Assembly (NCBI GenBank): GCA_009602735.1
Contig: WELA01001035.1
Coordinates: forward strand, 173,828-237,827
From: Mesotaenium endlicherianum
Lineage: Eukaryota
Direction: 5' to 3'
Length of the DNA stretch: 64,000 nt
In this document: positions 23,885 to 37,800 of the stretch, piece by piece
Numbering within the stretch: the first letter of the stretch is position 1
How the letters are laid out: every line of letters begins with the position of its first letter
The notes under the pieces: generated by a model
Told to the model about the DNA's origin: nothing
What the model saw: only the letters and a program-made list of their open reading frames with translations
Database searches by the model: none
Position numbers and translations under genes: made by a program

Positions 23885-25252
23885 ACAAGTAACAACTATG
23901 TTGCTCCTTTAGGTGTCTTGCATTCTGTAAAAGCTACGGCGATTTCCATCGAGAGGTCAGGGAGGGAAAACCAAGTGATGGAATACACATGCCTGGGTTG
24001 CTCTATGTTGTCATTCATGCAGCTCGCTTGAGCCCATACCTTGTCGCAAGTTCAGCCTATAGTCATTGGCCATTTGTTGACTGGTTTGATTGAGCTATCT
24101 GCAAGCATCTAATTGCAGGACTGCAAGTGTCAAGAAGCATCCCGGTATGGTGATTGCCAAATTTTTGTGGTAGGCGTATATCAAAACCTGCTGTCCCTTC
24201 CGAGCATAAAGCTAAATGCTTGGCTCGTCAATTGCTAGGGGCCGAGCTTAAGCCCAAACCCAATTTACATCGTCCTTCACGATTAGAACGCTACTCTCTG
24301 ATGTGATTTAACAAGAATGTCAATGAAGATATTTTCATGTGCATTACAAGAGAGTAATTCTTCGTCTTTGTATGGGCTTCCATGAAGGCCACTCCTCTTC
24401 AGTTTAACAACATTCAATTAATCATTGTCAGCATGCCATGGGGTGATTCCCCCTACTTGAACCAAGTCCTTTTGTTTGTTGAGATTTTTCCGCAATCACA
24501 TAGAGTAGTATACCCATAACTCAAACAGGCCAAGAAAGTGGAAAATTTACCCGCTCGTACAAAAAGTTGCGTGAGGGGCGTCTAATTATGAAAGTACAAT
24601 ATACCAAAATTTCTCGTGCTTCCCGTCGCGAATATATTAATCTATGGTCAATTCTACCTTTTGCCTGGTGTGTTTCAATTTGGGGGAAAAGTATCAAGAT
24701 GAAATTTAGCAACATAACGTTTAGATGTATTTTCACTCAGTTTACTCTGTGAGAGTGGAATGAATGCATCACACATGCTGCTTAATCTACTATTTTGAAA
24801 AGTACTGAAAATGTGTCGGAACATGAAACGGCAACAAACGTTCAGGTCACGTTTTGTCTGACAGTAACGTCATCCGACTGCGCACTTCAGTGACTTCTGC
24901 ACGTCAGTTTTTCCGGACCTGTTGCGGCCAGTTCTGGGCTTGTTTCCGACTGCATGCCTTCCTGCCTTCCTGGCGGGTAAAATTTTAGTGAGACGTTCTT
25001 GGGCTTCCGCTGTGTGAACTTGTTGACTCCTGTTGACCTTGCAATTACAGGAGTGTATTATACGTACCAATTTGTATTCCCTACTGCTGCTCCCTAATCT
25101 CTACGTTGCTAAAGGGCACTAAAGCGCGAACTTCTATCCGTCGAGACGTCGTCTCTAGTAGTATCCCTTGTTTTGCCTCAGCGTTGTGTGTTGTTTTTAT
25201 GTGATAGCAGTGACGTTTCTTGTGCCTTCTGCTTTAATGTGAGCGAAACAAT

Positions 25253-26864
25253 ATGGCGCAAGAAGGTTCACCGCAAGGTAGCAATGGAGCTGCTGATGGT
25301 TTGTCTAAAGGTGAGCTTCTGTCGTATGACTGGCAGATGTGGCTGGGTATCCTTGTATGCATTGAATACATCTCACAGAGAAAGAAATTTCGTGGCTTTG
25401 TCTGTAGGTGCAGCCGATGGCTCTCCGGTGGTCCAAAGTGGAGAAGGTGTTCCTCCGTCACAAATATTAAACAACGAGATCGAGAAGGAGCCATTCATCC
25501 CTCCCACGCCCATCCGAGAAGACCAAGTGGAGAATGCGGTGAAGTTTTTATCGCACCCGAAAGTGAAGGGGTCACCTGTCAAGTACCGTCGCTCTTTTTT
25601 GGAAAGAAAGGGCTTGACAGCTGACGAGATCGATGAGGCTTTTCGCAGAGTGCCGGTAAGTTGTGGACCGCGTGGTCACTGCACATAGTCTTGGGTCATC
25701 TTGCAAGTTGGAGACGTTCAGGACGTCCTTTACCGAGTCCTGTGCTTCGCTGACGGATTACTCTATACTCCCTTGCCCAGGACTCAATGTCAGAGTCGAC
25801 TTCAACTGCCGTACCAACAACAGCAGGGGCTGCAGCAGGCACTGCGCCTCCCAGCGTGGTAGCTCCAGTGGCAACAGCACCAGGGGCCACTGCCGTGTAT
25901 GCTGTGCAACCTGTTGGAAACCCTGCGGTTCTACAACATGGTGGGGCCGGACAGGTCCTGGGGGGCCAATTGCAGGCTCCGCCTGCTCCCCCAATGGCTC
26001 AGCCTCTGGGGTGGGGGCGGCTGGTGCTGGCGGCAGTGTTGCTCAGCAGTGCCGGGGCTGGGTCTGCAATCATTGCGCAGGTGATACAGGGCATGAAGAG
26101 CTCACACCTTTGTCCCACTTTGTTTTCCCCTTCCATCAAGTTTAATATCACGTCCAACCTGATGAAAATGCTTCGCGACGTACCCCTGTCCCTCTGGCCC
26201 TTAACTCTACCCCCTGGTATGCCTGCCGCAGAAATACGCAGTGCCAGGGTTTAAGGCCTGGTTGCGCAAGTTTGTACTGGGGTCGAGTGAGACGGAGGTG
26301 GGGGGCAAGGAGGCCAAAGCAAGCCCGGCCGAGGAGGCTGCCGCCGCTGCTTCTGCCGCCGCCCAGGTGGCGGCCACCGCTGTGCAGAGTCTCACGTCCG
26401 CACACGAAAAAGGTGAGCAAGCCTTGACCCCCCCCCCCCCCCTAGCCAANNNNNNNNNNNNNNNNNNNNNNNNNNNNNNNNNNNNNNNNNNNNNNNNNNN
26501 NNNNNNNNNNNNNNNNNNNNNNNNNNNNNNNNNNNNNNNNNNNNNNNNNNNNNNNNNNNNNNNNNNNNNNNNNNNNNNNNNNNNNNNNNNNNNNNNNNNN
26601 NNNNNNNNNNNNNNNNNNNNNNNNNNNNNNNNNNNNNNNNNNNNNNNNNNNNNNNNNNNNNNNNNNNNNNNNNNNNNNNNNNNNNNNNNNNNNNNNNNNN
26701 NNNNNNNNNNNNNNNNNNNNNNNNNNNNNNNNNNNNNNNNNNNNNNNNNNNNNNNNNNNNNNNNNNNNNNNNNNNNNNNNNNNNNNNNNNNNNNNNNNNN
26801 NNNNNNNNNNNNNNNNNNNNNNNNNNNNNNNNNNNNNNNNNNNNNNNNNNNNNNNNNNNNNNNN

Positions 26865-26905
<41 letters not shown>

Positions 26906-29717
26906 TCAGGTGAAGGCATGGGGCAAAGCGGTGGTAAATAGCTGAGGTTCTCATATACCATAAGCGGTGTTTTGTGGGGGCACGAGCGAGCAGACCACAA
27001 GGCGCTGGAGGATATGCGGGACGCCGTGAGCGCCATGATGGCCGTGCTCAAAGCCTCAGAAGCGGCCCGCACCGCCGCGCCCGCTGCCACCCCCGCCTCT
27101 GACGCCATCACCATGGCAGACCTGCGCAAAGGTGGCGTGCCAGCTGCTGCACCTTGCTCCTCCTGCCACACACACGCTTACTCGCAGTTGGGGCAGCGGG
27201 GGGCTCCGGTCCCCCTTGCGCCTTTGCTCCTGGGTGGCAATGAAGGCGCATGCCTTTGACTCCTTGCTGTGGTTGCAAGAGGGGAGGGGTCTGACGGTGG
27301 GGTGGGCTGACGGGCGTGCAGAGCTGCGGAGCTTTGCTAGTGTGCTCTCCGACTTCAGCCCGCCTCCGCAGAGCGCGCCAGGTGGCGACGACCCCGCTGC
27401 TCGGGACAAGCTGGGCTCGGAGCTTGCGGAGATAAAGCAGCTGCTCACCCGCTTCGGTGAGCCCCCACTCCCACCCCCCGCCACTCCCCCTGCATGCACT
27501 CCCAACCGTCTGGCTTTCATGCCTCTGGCAACTCGCGAGTGTCTCAAGATCAGGAAAGGGCTTCTCTCTCTGGCTGGCAGCAGCAGCCGATGGAAGACGG
27601 AGTGCCTCCCAGGGCGCCGCTCCCCCGTCCCCTCCCCCTCCCTCTGTTCCCCAGCTCAACTTTGCTCCGACTGCAGCGCCCGTGGTAAGCTCTCGCCCCC
27701 GCCCTCACTTTGTGGTGCCCGTAGGAGGGTGCCACTCCTGATATGCGGTTAGCGCGACTGGGGGCCGCGCGAGGGCTGGCTGAGACAGGGGTGATGCCTG
27801 GCAGGTGGCGGCACCCAAGGAGGACGACACCGACTGGCGATCCCTTCTCAAAGGCTCCAAGGCCTCCCCAGGTGCCGCCCTCTCTTCCCTCCACTTGTTG
27901 CTGCGCGCTTGCGACGTTGTGCTGCTGCTGGTGAGGTGGAGTTGCGTTCCGCAAGCGCTAAGGGCTTGTAAGGAACCGTATGCGGGTGCCCTCGCCAGCT
28001 GTCAATAAGTGATCAGCTGCTCACTGCAGCGGGTGGGTGCGTGCAGGGATGCCAGGATCAGCACCCCAGCTGACAGCTCAACATGCCACACGAGCAGCTG
28101 CTGCCCCCCCGGCTGAGGCTCCCCACTCGGCCTCCTACATGCAGGCAGGTGTCTCTGTTTGGAGGGAGGTCAGAGGGCCCAGGGGGGCTGAGGCCGTGCT
28201 TGCGCACGCAGGGCTGTGGCACAGCAGGAGCTCCTGTCTCACTAATAGCAGAGAGGGGCGCACGCGTGCTTGCAGGTGCTGGAGATGCTGGAGAAGGGAC
28301 AGAAGCCGCCCGGCATCCGAGTAAGTTGCCGCCCGCTCTTGCCCTATCTTGTCTGCTCTGCTCTGCTCTGTTCCGCTGGATGCGCGTCAGCTTTCAGACT
28401 GCAGTCTTGCTTTTGTCTGAACTCCTTAGTGCGGTAGGACTAGGAGGGGGGGGGGGGGGGGGNNNNNNNNNNNNNNNNNNNNNNNNNNNNNNNNNNNNNN
28501 NNNNNNNNNNNNNNNNNNNNNNNNNNNNNNNNNNNNNNNNNNNNNNNNNNNNNNNNNNNNNNNNNNNNNNNNNNNNNNNNNNNNNNNNNNNNNNNNNNNN
28601 NNNGGGGGGGGGGGTGACTGACGAGATGCCGGTTAGTGTCTTCGTCATCAGGACATTGACGACAAGCCGCCCAACCCAACCCAAGCGCCGTCTGACTCGC
28701 GCATGGCACCACGCCCCAAGGTGAGACCGGTGTTAAAGGCCCTCTGCTCTCTTCCAGCAACCGCATTCCTCGACGCGACGAGACGATGCAGGGCATCAAA
28801 CTCATTGCGGCGCTGAAGTGGCAGTCGGGAGAAGAATGTGCTTGCATTTCCGTACGGTGCAAAGGCAGGGAGGAAGGAGGAGTCCTTTCAAGCCCACAAG
28901 TACCCAGCGCTGCACCACATGAGTGTTGCTGCTAGACGGTGTGTTTGTCGCGGATTGCGACTTGAGCACCTTGCGTCTTCTTTGGGTTGGGACGCAGCCA
29001 TGGGAGCGGCAGCATGAAGCAGAGGCAGCGGCCGCTGGTCCTCCCGTCATGGCGGCGACAAGCAGTCAGTCCGCGGGAGTCGCTGAAGCCGCCGCCCCCT
29101 GGTGGCGCAAGCCCACGTTTCCCGTCGCCAGTCAGCCTCCTCCTCTGGGGCGCCCTCTCTCCCCCCCTGGAGCAGCTGCGATTGTGCCGGTGTCCAATGC
29201 TTCGGCCAGCAATGTGGTGATTACGGAGCTACCATCTGGCAGCACGCCGGCTGGAGTGGCAGGTGAAAGTGGCAGCAGCAGGAATGTGGACGTTCAGGCT
29301 CATGGGCATTCTTCATCACAGACGGCTGATGAAGGCATCGTGAGTGAGAGCAGCACCAGCGGCGAGGCTGCCAAGGTGGAGGAGACGGCATCTGGCTGGG
29401 TCCCGCCACCTATCCCAACAGCCGCTATGCCTGCTGCTGTTGCTGCCATTCGCCACCGCCCCACCCACTCTTCCGAGTCTTCGCTTTACACGTCGGCCAC
29501 AGAGAGTGAGGAGAGACCACACACCCAGGAGGAAACGTCTTCTGCAGACAAGCCACTAGCAGCAGATGCTGCACCTAGCCCCGAGCAGCACGTTGTGAAT
29601 GCTGAAGAAAATGGCAGGAACGGGTCACCGGCGGTAAATGGAATTGGGGGAGATGCTGAGAAGCCTCTGTCTTATAGTGAGGTTCTTGCCATGCCGTCAG
29701 ATGAGGCAGAAGCATAA
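25253..29717 (+). CDS. PEX14: Peroxisomal membrane docking protein PEX14 (multi-exon)
   Basis: Pex14 N-terminal domain IREDQVENAVKFLSHPKVKGSPVKYRRSFLERKGLTADEIDEAFRRVP. Hydrophobic segment WGRLVLAAVLLSSAGAG. Plant-type C-terminal motif APHSASYMQ|VLEMLEKGQKPPGIR|DIDDKPPNP..PRPK|PWE. Stop at 29715-29717. Confidence 0.93.
28145..28275 (+). other. GC-AG intron in PEX14
   Basis: Donor CAG|GCAGGT. The GC donor joins SYMQ to VLEMLEKG in frame; the GT 4 nt downstream would shift the frame. Confidence 0.8.
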
Positions 29718-30679
29718 GGTCGAGCGTTCTGACTTGTGTAGCTTGTCCCTGCTATTTTGGGATACATGTGCTTTTTCGGTGTGCCTGTGCTTAGCATTCA
29801 AGATTATTGTGACCTCCAGGCCTTTTGGTCCCACTTGTGCAGTTCTACGCAACCCAGGAGTACATAAAGATGGTGCATCTAGCACTGAAAGGGAGAAGTA
29901 TATGGTATCATCTATCGCACACCAGTGTGCGTTCCCACCGCATGATTTTTAAAGAGATGAAGACATGTATAATATGTGGCTGAATAATAATATGCTGGGT
30001 CTTCCATTACGATGTTGAGGCAATCTACACGTGCCTACTTTACGGTATTCCCATTCATTGTCTAAACCGGTATGAAACTTATTGTGTCAAAAACTCCTTT
30101 CATATACAATGTTAGTTGACCCCCAAATTTATGTATATATTTATTGGTGTTATAAGGTGCAACATTTGTAATTGATGAGTTGAGTTGTTTGCGTCGTTTG
30201 CGTGCATGTGTGATTCAGACTTACATTAATGTGCAACAATCAAGAGTATGGCTCAATTATAGAAATTGTCGGCAGATGGGACGAAATGATCAGTTAGAAG
30301 CATATGTCGAGATCGTAAAGCGCATTTGCATATAGCGTGTGTAATCTGTTTTGGTTGATAGTACAGTGATGCGCCAACCCAAGATTGATGCAAAGGGCAC
30401 CATCTTGATACTATATTCTTCGGGCCTCGTAATTTCGCATCCTCAATGTTTGAGACGTGTGCACTCTTTTTTGACAGAAGGAATATAGCGTGCACACTAT
30501 ACGTGGGCGCGGCGCTTGCAACAGCCATTGCTTGACGATAGAGAGAGTTCGTCGTATGAGTACTGGAGTTGGAGGGAATCGAGTGCCTCCAGTTATCTTC
30601 TTGATAGTATCGCTACGCTGGTCAATTAGTTACTGGTGACCAAAGAACAATTAGCGTGCATGTGAACCGTGTACTTTGT

Positions 30680-31830
30680 TCAGACTGTAGTTTGCCCCGT
30701 CGAGACCCCGCATGCGTCAAACTCCAGGAGGTTCAAGTGCACAAACAGCCCGCCATGGCCCTTGGGCAGATCCGGCAGGGTGCCGACGATGGAGTTCCTT
30801 AACCAGTTAGCCGACAGCACGTGGATGGGCCACACGCCGCGGGCTCGCCCTACGCGCTTGCAGCTGCGCTGAAAAGGCACCAGCGTGGCCGCCTCGCTGA
30901 TCTGCGCGTCCGTGATGCCCGCCAGCACGCACGCCGCCTCCATGCAGCTCAGCGCCACCTCCTCGTGCACCCCCAGCTGCACCACCAGGTTGTCGAGGCT
31001 CACCCCCAATCCCCCCCCCCCGCCGTCAGCATCATCGTCATTCCTGCTCCCCCTGCTCTGCCCACTGCTCCTGCTCTTTCTTCTGCTGCTCCTGCTCCCC
31101 CGGCTGCCCCCCCAGGCCCTCCCAGCTTCTTGCGCTTGCGGCCCTCCATATGGAACGGCGCTTCTTCCTCGACCTCGTTTTCCTTGCAGTTGGCCGCTGC
31201 CGCCGACCCGCCTCTGCCTTCCCTCGCTCCTCCACACAGGACATCGGCATCAATCTTTGCGGCTGTCGCTGTCACTATTGTCGAGAGGTCAGCAATCTTT
31301 GCGGACCAGTGCCACGGCAGCGTGATACCTGGCAAGATGGCCGGTAGCTTGCGGCAACATACGCACGACATCAGCGGCGGCTTTGCCACCCACAGCTGGC
31401 GCGGGTCTGGGTCCAGGCCTGGGCCTTTCGCGGAGCTGGGGCCAGTGTACACGAAGCTGGCCGTGGCGGAGGGCAGGCTATGCGAACCCTACACCTGGCG
31501 GCACAGGAGGTTAGCCTTTGCGGATGCCTCAAGGGGTGCCAGCTGGCAGTTCAATATGGCGCTGATGCCAGCAAAGTGCCGATCCACAAGGGCTTCCCAC
31601 GTGGGCTGCACGACCCCTGCTGTCGCTACAGGCTGCACCTCGCGTGCTACAGCCGCGGCCTCAGGAGAGGCGGCTGTAGCATTGGTCTCACTGTCCCTGT
31701 CCTTCTCTCTTTAATGACAACGGCTGCTGCTGCCTCTGCTGCAAGATCGACGAGAGTCCCACTAGCATCTATGACAAAAGTTGCCCGAGAGGTGAGGAGT
31801 ACTTGTTCTGTGCGCTCCAATGCTTAGAGG
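30680..31830 (-). pseudogene. Intronless, disrupted coding sequence of unidentified family
   Basis: GC3-rich codon blocks in different frames: ALERTEQVLLTSRATFVIDASG / TWEALVDRHFAGISAILNCQL..CRQV*GSH..PRQLWVAKPPLMSC.. / LDNLVVQLGVHEEVALSCMEAA..GGLFVHLNLLEF. One in-frame TAG near 31490 and at least two frameshifts. Confidence 0.6.
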
Positions 31831-33675
31831 ACATATTAGAGGCTTTTCTACATCCAACTCCTTACACTAGGTTGGGTAGAGCTGAACGTTGTGGCAAATT
31901 TTTGACACAAGGGGGTCTTTAAGTGGCTCAACAAGGTCAGATGCGTCGGAGTGAATTAACAAGCTTTACACGACATATCAGTAGCGGTAGCAGTCACTTC
32001 TCCAGACAAATCATCGATGTTCTACGCGTATGCTATACTCCTGTGCATGACATTCGCTATATTCATTTTGTATCGATGAAGCTTTTTGGTTGTCAAGCAG
32101 TAAAAGAGCTTGCCTACTAAGCTCCTGGAAGTGACACGTGTTGGGAGGGAAGCCCTCTCTGAACATGAACGTGGTAGCTAAATACGCAGGCCAGCTCATC
32201 CATGTCCAACGCAAACGCAGAGCTGCTTACCATGCTATCTGCTTTCACATTTAATTTGTGAAGCGCCAGAGGCTAGTGGCACCTTGGCATAGAGGACATG
32301 GCAGACCACTTTCAGTATTGAACCGCACACTGGAAAGCTTGCAATATCATCAGGAGGACTCAAGATTATCTCAAACAATCATCCATCTAGTATATTCATT
32401 GTATATTGGCTTCTCCACTACATAAAAAGAGCTCATGTACTGTTGCAATAGCGGTGTAAAGTTTCCACCTGTAAGCAATACCACATCTCAACATAACACA
32501 ATTTTACTGTGGGATACTTCTCAACTCTTGGGAGAGCTTGTGACACTACTTACACTTTGCTTATATACTCCAACTTCAGAAATTATTTATAGCTTGTCTG
32601 TTTACTTTGGATTCCTTTCGAGTGAGGTTGTGTGAAATAAACTAGATGCACTTAGGTCACTGAAGAGTGATGACTGGCGTGTAACATGCGTTAACTGAAT
32701 TACAACAAAGGAGTTTTCTCCCACGCTCTGATTACAGTCAGTATCAACTACCTTTCATTCTCTTCAGAAGAACCTCATTTGCCTGGTTGCAGCAAAGCCC
32801 TTCAATCTTCAAGTCGTTCACTTAGTTCCAGACAAGACCGTTTTAACTAGCAGCTTTGATAATTGCCAAAAAATCATGTGCCATGGAAGTTACTTGAGTA
32901 AATTAATCACTTTATCAGGGTGGCCCTCAATAAGAAAAACCCAGCACTAAGCACTACAAAACTAAAAACAACTGACTCTGTATGAGTCAAAACACAGAAT
33001 CAACATCCAGTTCTGATGAGCCCGAGAATGTTAATCACACCATTCCTAGCATAATTAATGATGCCCTTGGTAGTAAGCAGAAACAAATGCTTCACAAGGT
33101 CTTGGCATTTGCCCGCGATATTACTAAAGTGACAGCAATGCTCACAAGTGGCTACAAATTTTAGTGTATTAAATTCCTTAGGAATGTCCTCTGTGAAACA
33201 ACCTCAACTGATTCAACATTTGTTCAGGCTCATCTCTTTTGGAATGGCTTATGAGGGCGTAACTGTGACTTACTTGATATATCTCCAACCAAGACAAAGA
33301 AAAAGAACAATCTTATTCGTAAGCTCAAGCTTAGCAAATGGGTTTACACGACCAGAGGTAGCACCGCGGCCTTCCAGACAGTGTGCTAGAAGTCAAGAGC
33401 CTTAAGTTTGGCGAGTTGCAGAAATTGAATAGTCCTGGGCCACAAGCAGAAAATACTCAACCTGACTTCAGAGGCAAAGCAAGAGGTCTGATAGCAAGTG
33501 GAAGGACTGCTTCTAAGCGCGTCAAGAGCACACCAGAGATGTGCGATGGCCTTGTTGCACGTCAACTATGAAGCCTCACATTGACAGCTGCAGGCAACCA
33601 CTCGTCAGCAGTCCTTACAGGGTATGTAACAGCAGCAGAGACGCTTGGAATATGACCATGATGGCTGGGGGGCTG

Positions 33676-34803
33676 CTAAGAAGGAAGTGCACGTACTGTG
33701 GCCAGGTGCTTGCAGCCGAGAAGGAATTTGGCCAGAGTGGCGTCGGAAACCTTGACCTCCGGACAGCATTGTAGAACTTGTGAGAGACGAGCAGCCAGCT
33801 GGTGCTTGCACTGCGGAACGGTTTGTAGAGAGACCAGAGCTTGTGAGTGAGGTGAAATGGGAGCCAGCAGTGTTGACTTTCTCTATCCATCAGCAAGAAC
33901 GCACTTCGAGCAACAAGAAAGAGCAACCGCTTCTTAAAATCAACAAGGGAGATCCTAGAGTTTCAAACACAGGCTTTACAAAAGCAGAAGGACAAGCAGG
34001 TTCGTACAGAAGCAATTGATCTCATCAGCTTGCAGACATGGAGTAGTAAATAAGAGCTCATACCAGAAGCTGCTCACTGCGACTAACAACCTCGTAGAAA
34101 AAGGCAGGACAGGCGCAGTAGTGGCTGGGGAAGCATACATATTGCTCACCACCTCTTAGATTGCCTTGCACCTGAAAGCAGTCCCAATCAACCCAGACAG
34201 AACATGAATCAAAGGGGACTAGTAGCAACAGGTCAGCAAGTTGAACAGCCCCTCCTCCTAATACCAACGTGACAGAGGTATTTCCTACTAGTACCTTGAA
34301 AACAGCTCGGCCACTGGGCTCAGCAGATAGTTTCAATACACCTCCAATATCTAAAATCTCCAGAGCCCTCTCCAAGTTCTTGTCAAAGAACAATTTTAGC
34401 CTGTAAGGTAAAGAAATACAGCACGTCACATCGTATAGCGATAATAGTTGTAGTTGATGATAAATATATAACCTGCAACTTCAACTATCCAAAGGCAAGG
34501 ACGTTCATCATTGACTTGCTATCAAGAGAGCTCCACTTACTTCAGGAGATGGTCTGCGGACACTGCACACAAATCAGGGTAAGTACTTAATAGCAACTTG
34601 AGAAGGAACAGCCTCCTGCTCGAGAACTACAACACAAACTGAATCAATACATCTGATATCGACTCTTACAGTTTAAAAAAGGGCGCTCTGGTACTTTTAA
34701 ACCGCTATTACTCCCCGCCGTTGTAGGATCTACACATTCTGATGCACGCCTTTGAATGTCCTCAAAGAGTGCATCAATAACTGTAGCTGCTAGTAAAGCC
34801 ATG
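33676..34803 (-). CDS. ZSWIM7: SWIM zinc-finger protein 7 / SWS1 (Shu complex, homologous recombination); 5 exons including a 22-nt exon at 34541-34562
   Basis: MALLAATVIDALFEDI..|SADHLLK|LKLFFDKNLERALEILD..EPSGRAVFK|VQG..YVCFPSHYCACPAFFYEVVSRSEQLL|CKHQLAARL. SWIM CxC..CxH motif present. The exon 1 donor position is uncertain. Confidence 0.9.
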
Positions 34804-37800
34804 CCAGAGGATGAGTAGTTCAGGCATAGCACGTTAATGCAGGCATGTCCTCAATCACTCGAAGTACAGGTGCTTAGTGAAGGTGAAGGATATAAGTATG
34901 CACATATGTACTTGTTAATGGGCATCATGTAGGTCGAGCCCGGAACTCTAGAACTCGACACGAGCAAATTTTACTTTAACGTTTGACGCATATGACCACA
35001 TATGACGGTAATGATTTGTTGCAATTTATGAACGGCAGGAACAGGCAAGATCCCGGGGCAGGATCAAGCATGTCCGGTCAGAACTGCTCTGCTTGGCTCT
35101 GCTTCCCTCCCCTTGCCTCACATGCATGGGCGCCCTCACTCGCATTCGTGCTTATTTTCTAGTAAATTTGACGCACCTTCAAGCATTGCATGGACACATC
35201 AGGACACATATAAACTTGCATACTGTTCAAAATCTGCTTCAACAAGCTTACAATCTGCTTGCTATTCCTAAATTGCCTTTGCGTTCCATTCGTCGAGTCG
35301 GCTGTCAACCGCAGGTCTCTTTGGCTTGTCAGATGCTTGTAAATTTCTATGCATGCTGGCAGATGCTGATGGTTGCAATCGTGTGAAACTGCAATCAACT
35401 CAGGCGCAGCACTGCATGTGACCCAAAATGACCACATTTGCAGCTCAGGTGACCAGAGCTCCCCAGCTTCCCTATGTTCATCCTTAAGACTCGGCTCTTA
35501 ACTTAGCAAGTGAAATCAGGAACCACATGCAGTGCTGTAGCTGTCAGAAGGCAAGCGCTCGTGTAACTGTCCAGGGCTCCATCGCAGTCGTCATATGCGG
35601 CCAGTCTGTGCTTGCTCTTACATTCTTAAATTTTCATACATAAGCTGCCGCAATCCGCATCATGGCACCAGATGACAATGCATTGCACTTAAAGGGAATG
35701 CATAACCCGCTGCCGGCTGCTCGCGTGGTATAGAGTGTCCTGAATAAGCAGTCGAAAGGCTTAGAAAGCCCAACACAAAGGAGAGAGAAAGGAGGGCGGA
35801 GAGAGAGCCTGAGAGGGGGACAAAGTCTGAAAAGCTCGGGCAGTAGCTCGTCAGTGCTTGCTCTTCTTTCACGCCAGCCCAGCCCCACATGTTACCCTTT
35901 TCAGGCACGCCTACCCCAGGCCTCCCAAGAGGAGCAACCAAATGTAATATTTCAGCTTGGTGGTTTAATTGAGTAAGCATCATGATGGCAGTGGAGAAAG
36001 CTTACATGAGGGCACTCCTTGCGGGCAAGGCTTTCCGATTGGTGTGAATGCCAATCCAGCAGTGCTTCTGCATATGCCACCTCCGATGTGTGTGTAACCA
36101 CATGCACCGTCCTCAGACCCACCTTAAGTCATACTGGCCTGCTGGCAGACTTGTGGGAGCTGTCACCTGCTGGACCGTGCGCCACTTGTCCATCCTACAA
36201 CAAGACCGTGCCCGCCAGGTGTGCACGCTCTATTGCATCCACTGTCACTCCTTTCCCGCCGACAGAAACATAGCCCCCTTAGCTGGGTGCAAGGGCATAT
36301 TTGGCACGAGCTGAGGGAGCAAGAGCAGATGGGCTGCTGCGGACTGCTACTTCAGCAGGTGGCAGATGGGGTTCAAGGACCGCCGGGGGGCAGCGGCAGG
36401 AGGGCGGGTGGCAATGCAGCAGCAATAGCAGCAGTAGGGGCTTCTGGTGACGTTCAACCTGGTGCCGCCACATGGCGTGTGGGTGGACTACTGTGAGGAA
36501 GAGCAGGTGGCATCCCTCTGCTGCATCCAACTTTGAGTCAACCCCTCCCTCCCTTCCTCCTCTCCCGCCCTCTTGCCGTCCCTCCCTCCCTCCATCCCCT
36601 GCTTCAGGTCCTTCACTACCTGGCTGTCCTTCCCATTCATCTGCTCTCTCGTTCTCTCTTTATGTTGCTTCAAACCATGTAGGGACTGGCAAGTGCTGAC
36701 GTGATAAAAGTTGTGTGTGACTGCTGTATCTGTAAGCAACACAGCTTTTGCGTTGAAAGCTGAAGTCATGGCGCAGCAGCAGCAGCGTCAGGCCCACGTG
36801 CCGTCTATGCGTTGGTCCAGCTGTCCGCCTGGGCCAGTCAGGCTGCAGAGGCGGTGGTGAATGGCAAGGGCTCTTTGGAGCAGCTGCTTCCCAGACCAGC
36901 CTAATTGTACAGGCGGTTGGGGCTGATAGCAGTGCTGGTAGCTTGTGAATGTGGTACAAACAAAAACAAGCTGAACGAGCAACGCAAATTTCTGCACAAA
37001 TTTGACAGGAGTGTCTAAGCGTTTGATCACCAAGAATGTAGGAAGGTACTATGTGATTCCCTTGGTGGGATAGTTTTGCTTAACAACCCATTCCAACGTC
37101 TTCAGCTGTCAAGTATGGAAAAATTTACTGTGTTAGGGGAATGTTCTTCAGACACTATTTCCTGGCAGACTGCATATGACTTTTTGTATGTTGATGTTAA
37201 CATTGACATCTCCGCATGTTCTTCTTGCTGAAGCGGCAGTCGTAGGCAGAGAAGTTCTTACCCGTGCTTCAATTTGCATGGGGGAAGACACAATCATTAA
37301 TGTCTTATCATGCACATAAGTTGCAACTAGTAGTTTGTTGGCCACAAGAGTAGCACATAAAAGGTGTACTAGTGTTAGAAACCATCGACCAAAGCATCAC
37401 CTACAGGGGGGGCAAAGACAACAACAGATGAAAGTCATGTATGACTATATCCATATCAGCCCCGGGATTCAAACCCAGAAACACCTCAATCATATAGTCG
37501 AGTGGCACTGCCATTGTGCAACGGCATGATGTGACATGCAGGCGGTTCCTTGGAGCACTGTAGCCCACACAATGCATTTCCACAGATACAAGCACTACAG
37601 TCATCATACAAGAACAGGAGAAAGATGCGCCATTGCACGTCACACAGACAACACGACTGCACAACACGTAGAACTTCATACACAGTGTATGTATGCTAGG
37701 ATACTTGAAAACGTCAACTATTGGCTCGAACCTACATCGCAATGTGGTCTTCTAGTCGGAGCGGGACCCTAGACTGGATATGAAACTTATCGGCAAGTGT

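Noticed and set aside
30821..31714. 297-aa + strand ORF
   Set aside because: Codon bias favours the minus strand; this is the shadow of the pseudogene.
32280..33571. Protein-like fragments on the + strand
   Set aside because: No recognisable family or coherent splice model.
35940..37350. Cys-rich and other short ORFs, including a QGFPIG stretch reminiscent of a reverse transcriptase motif
   Set aside because: No flanking RT motifs, multiple stops and no consistent frame.
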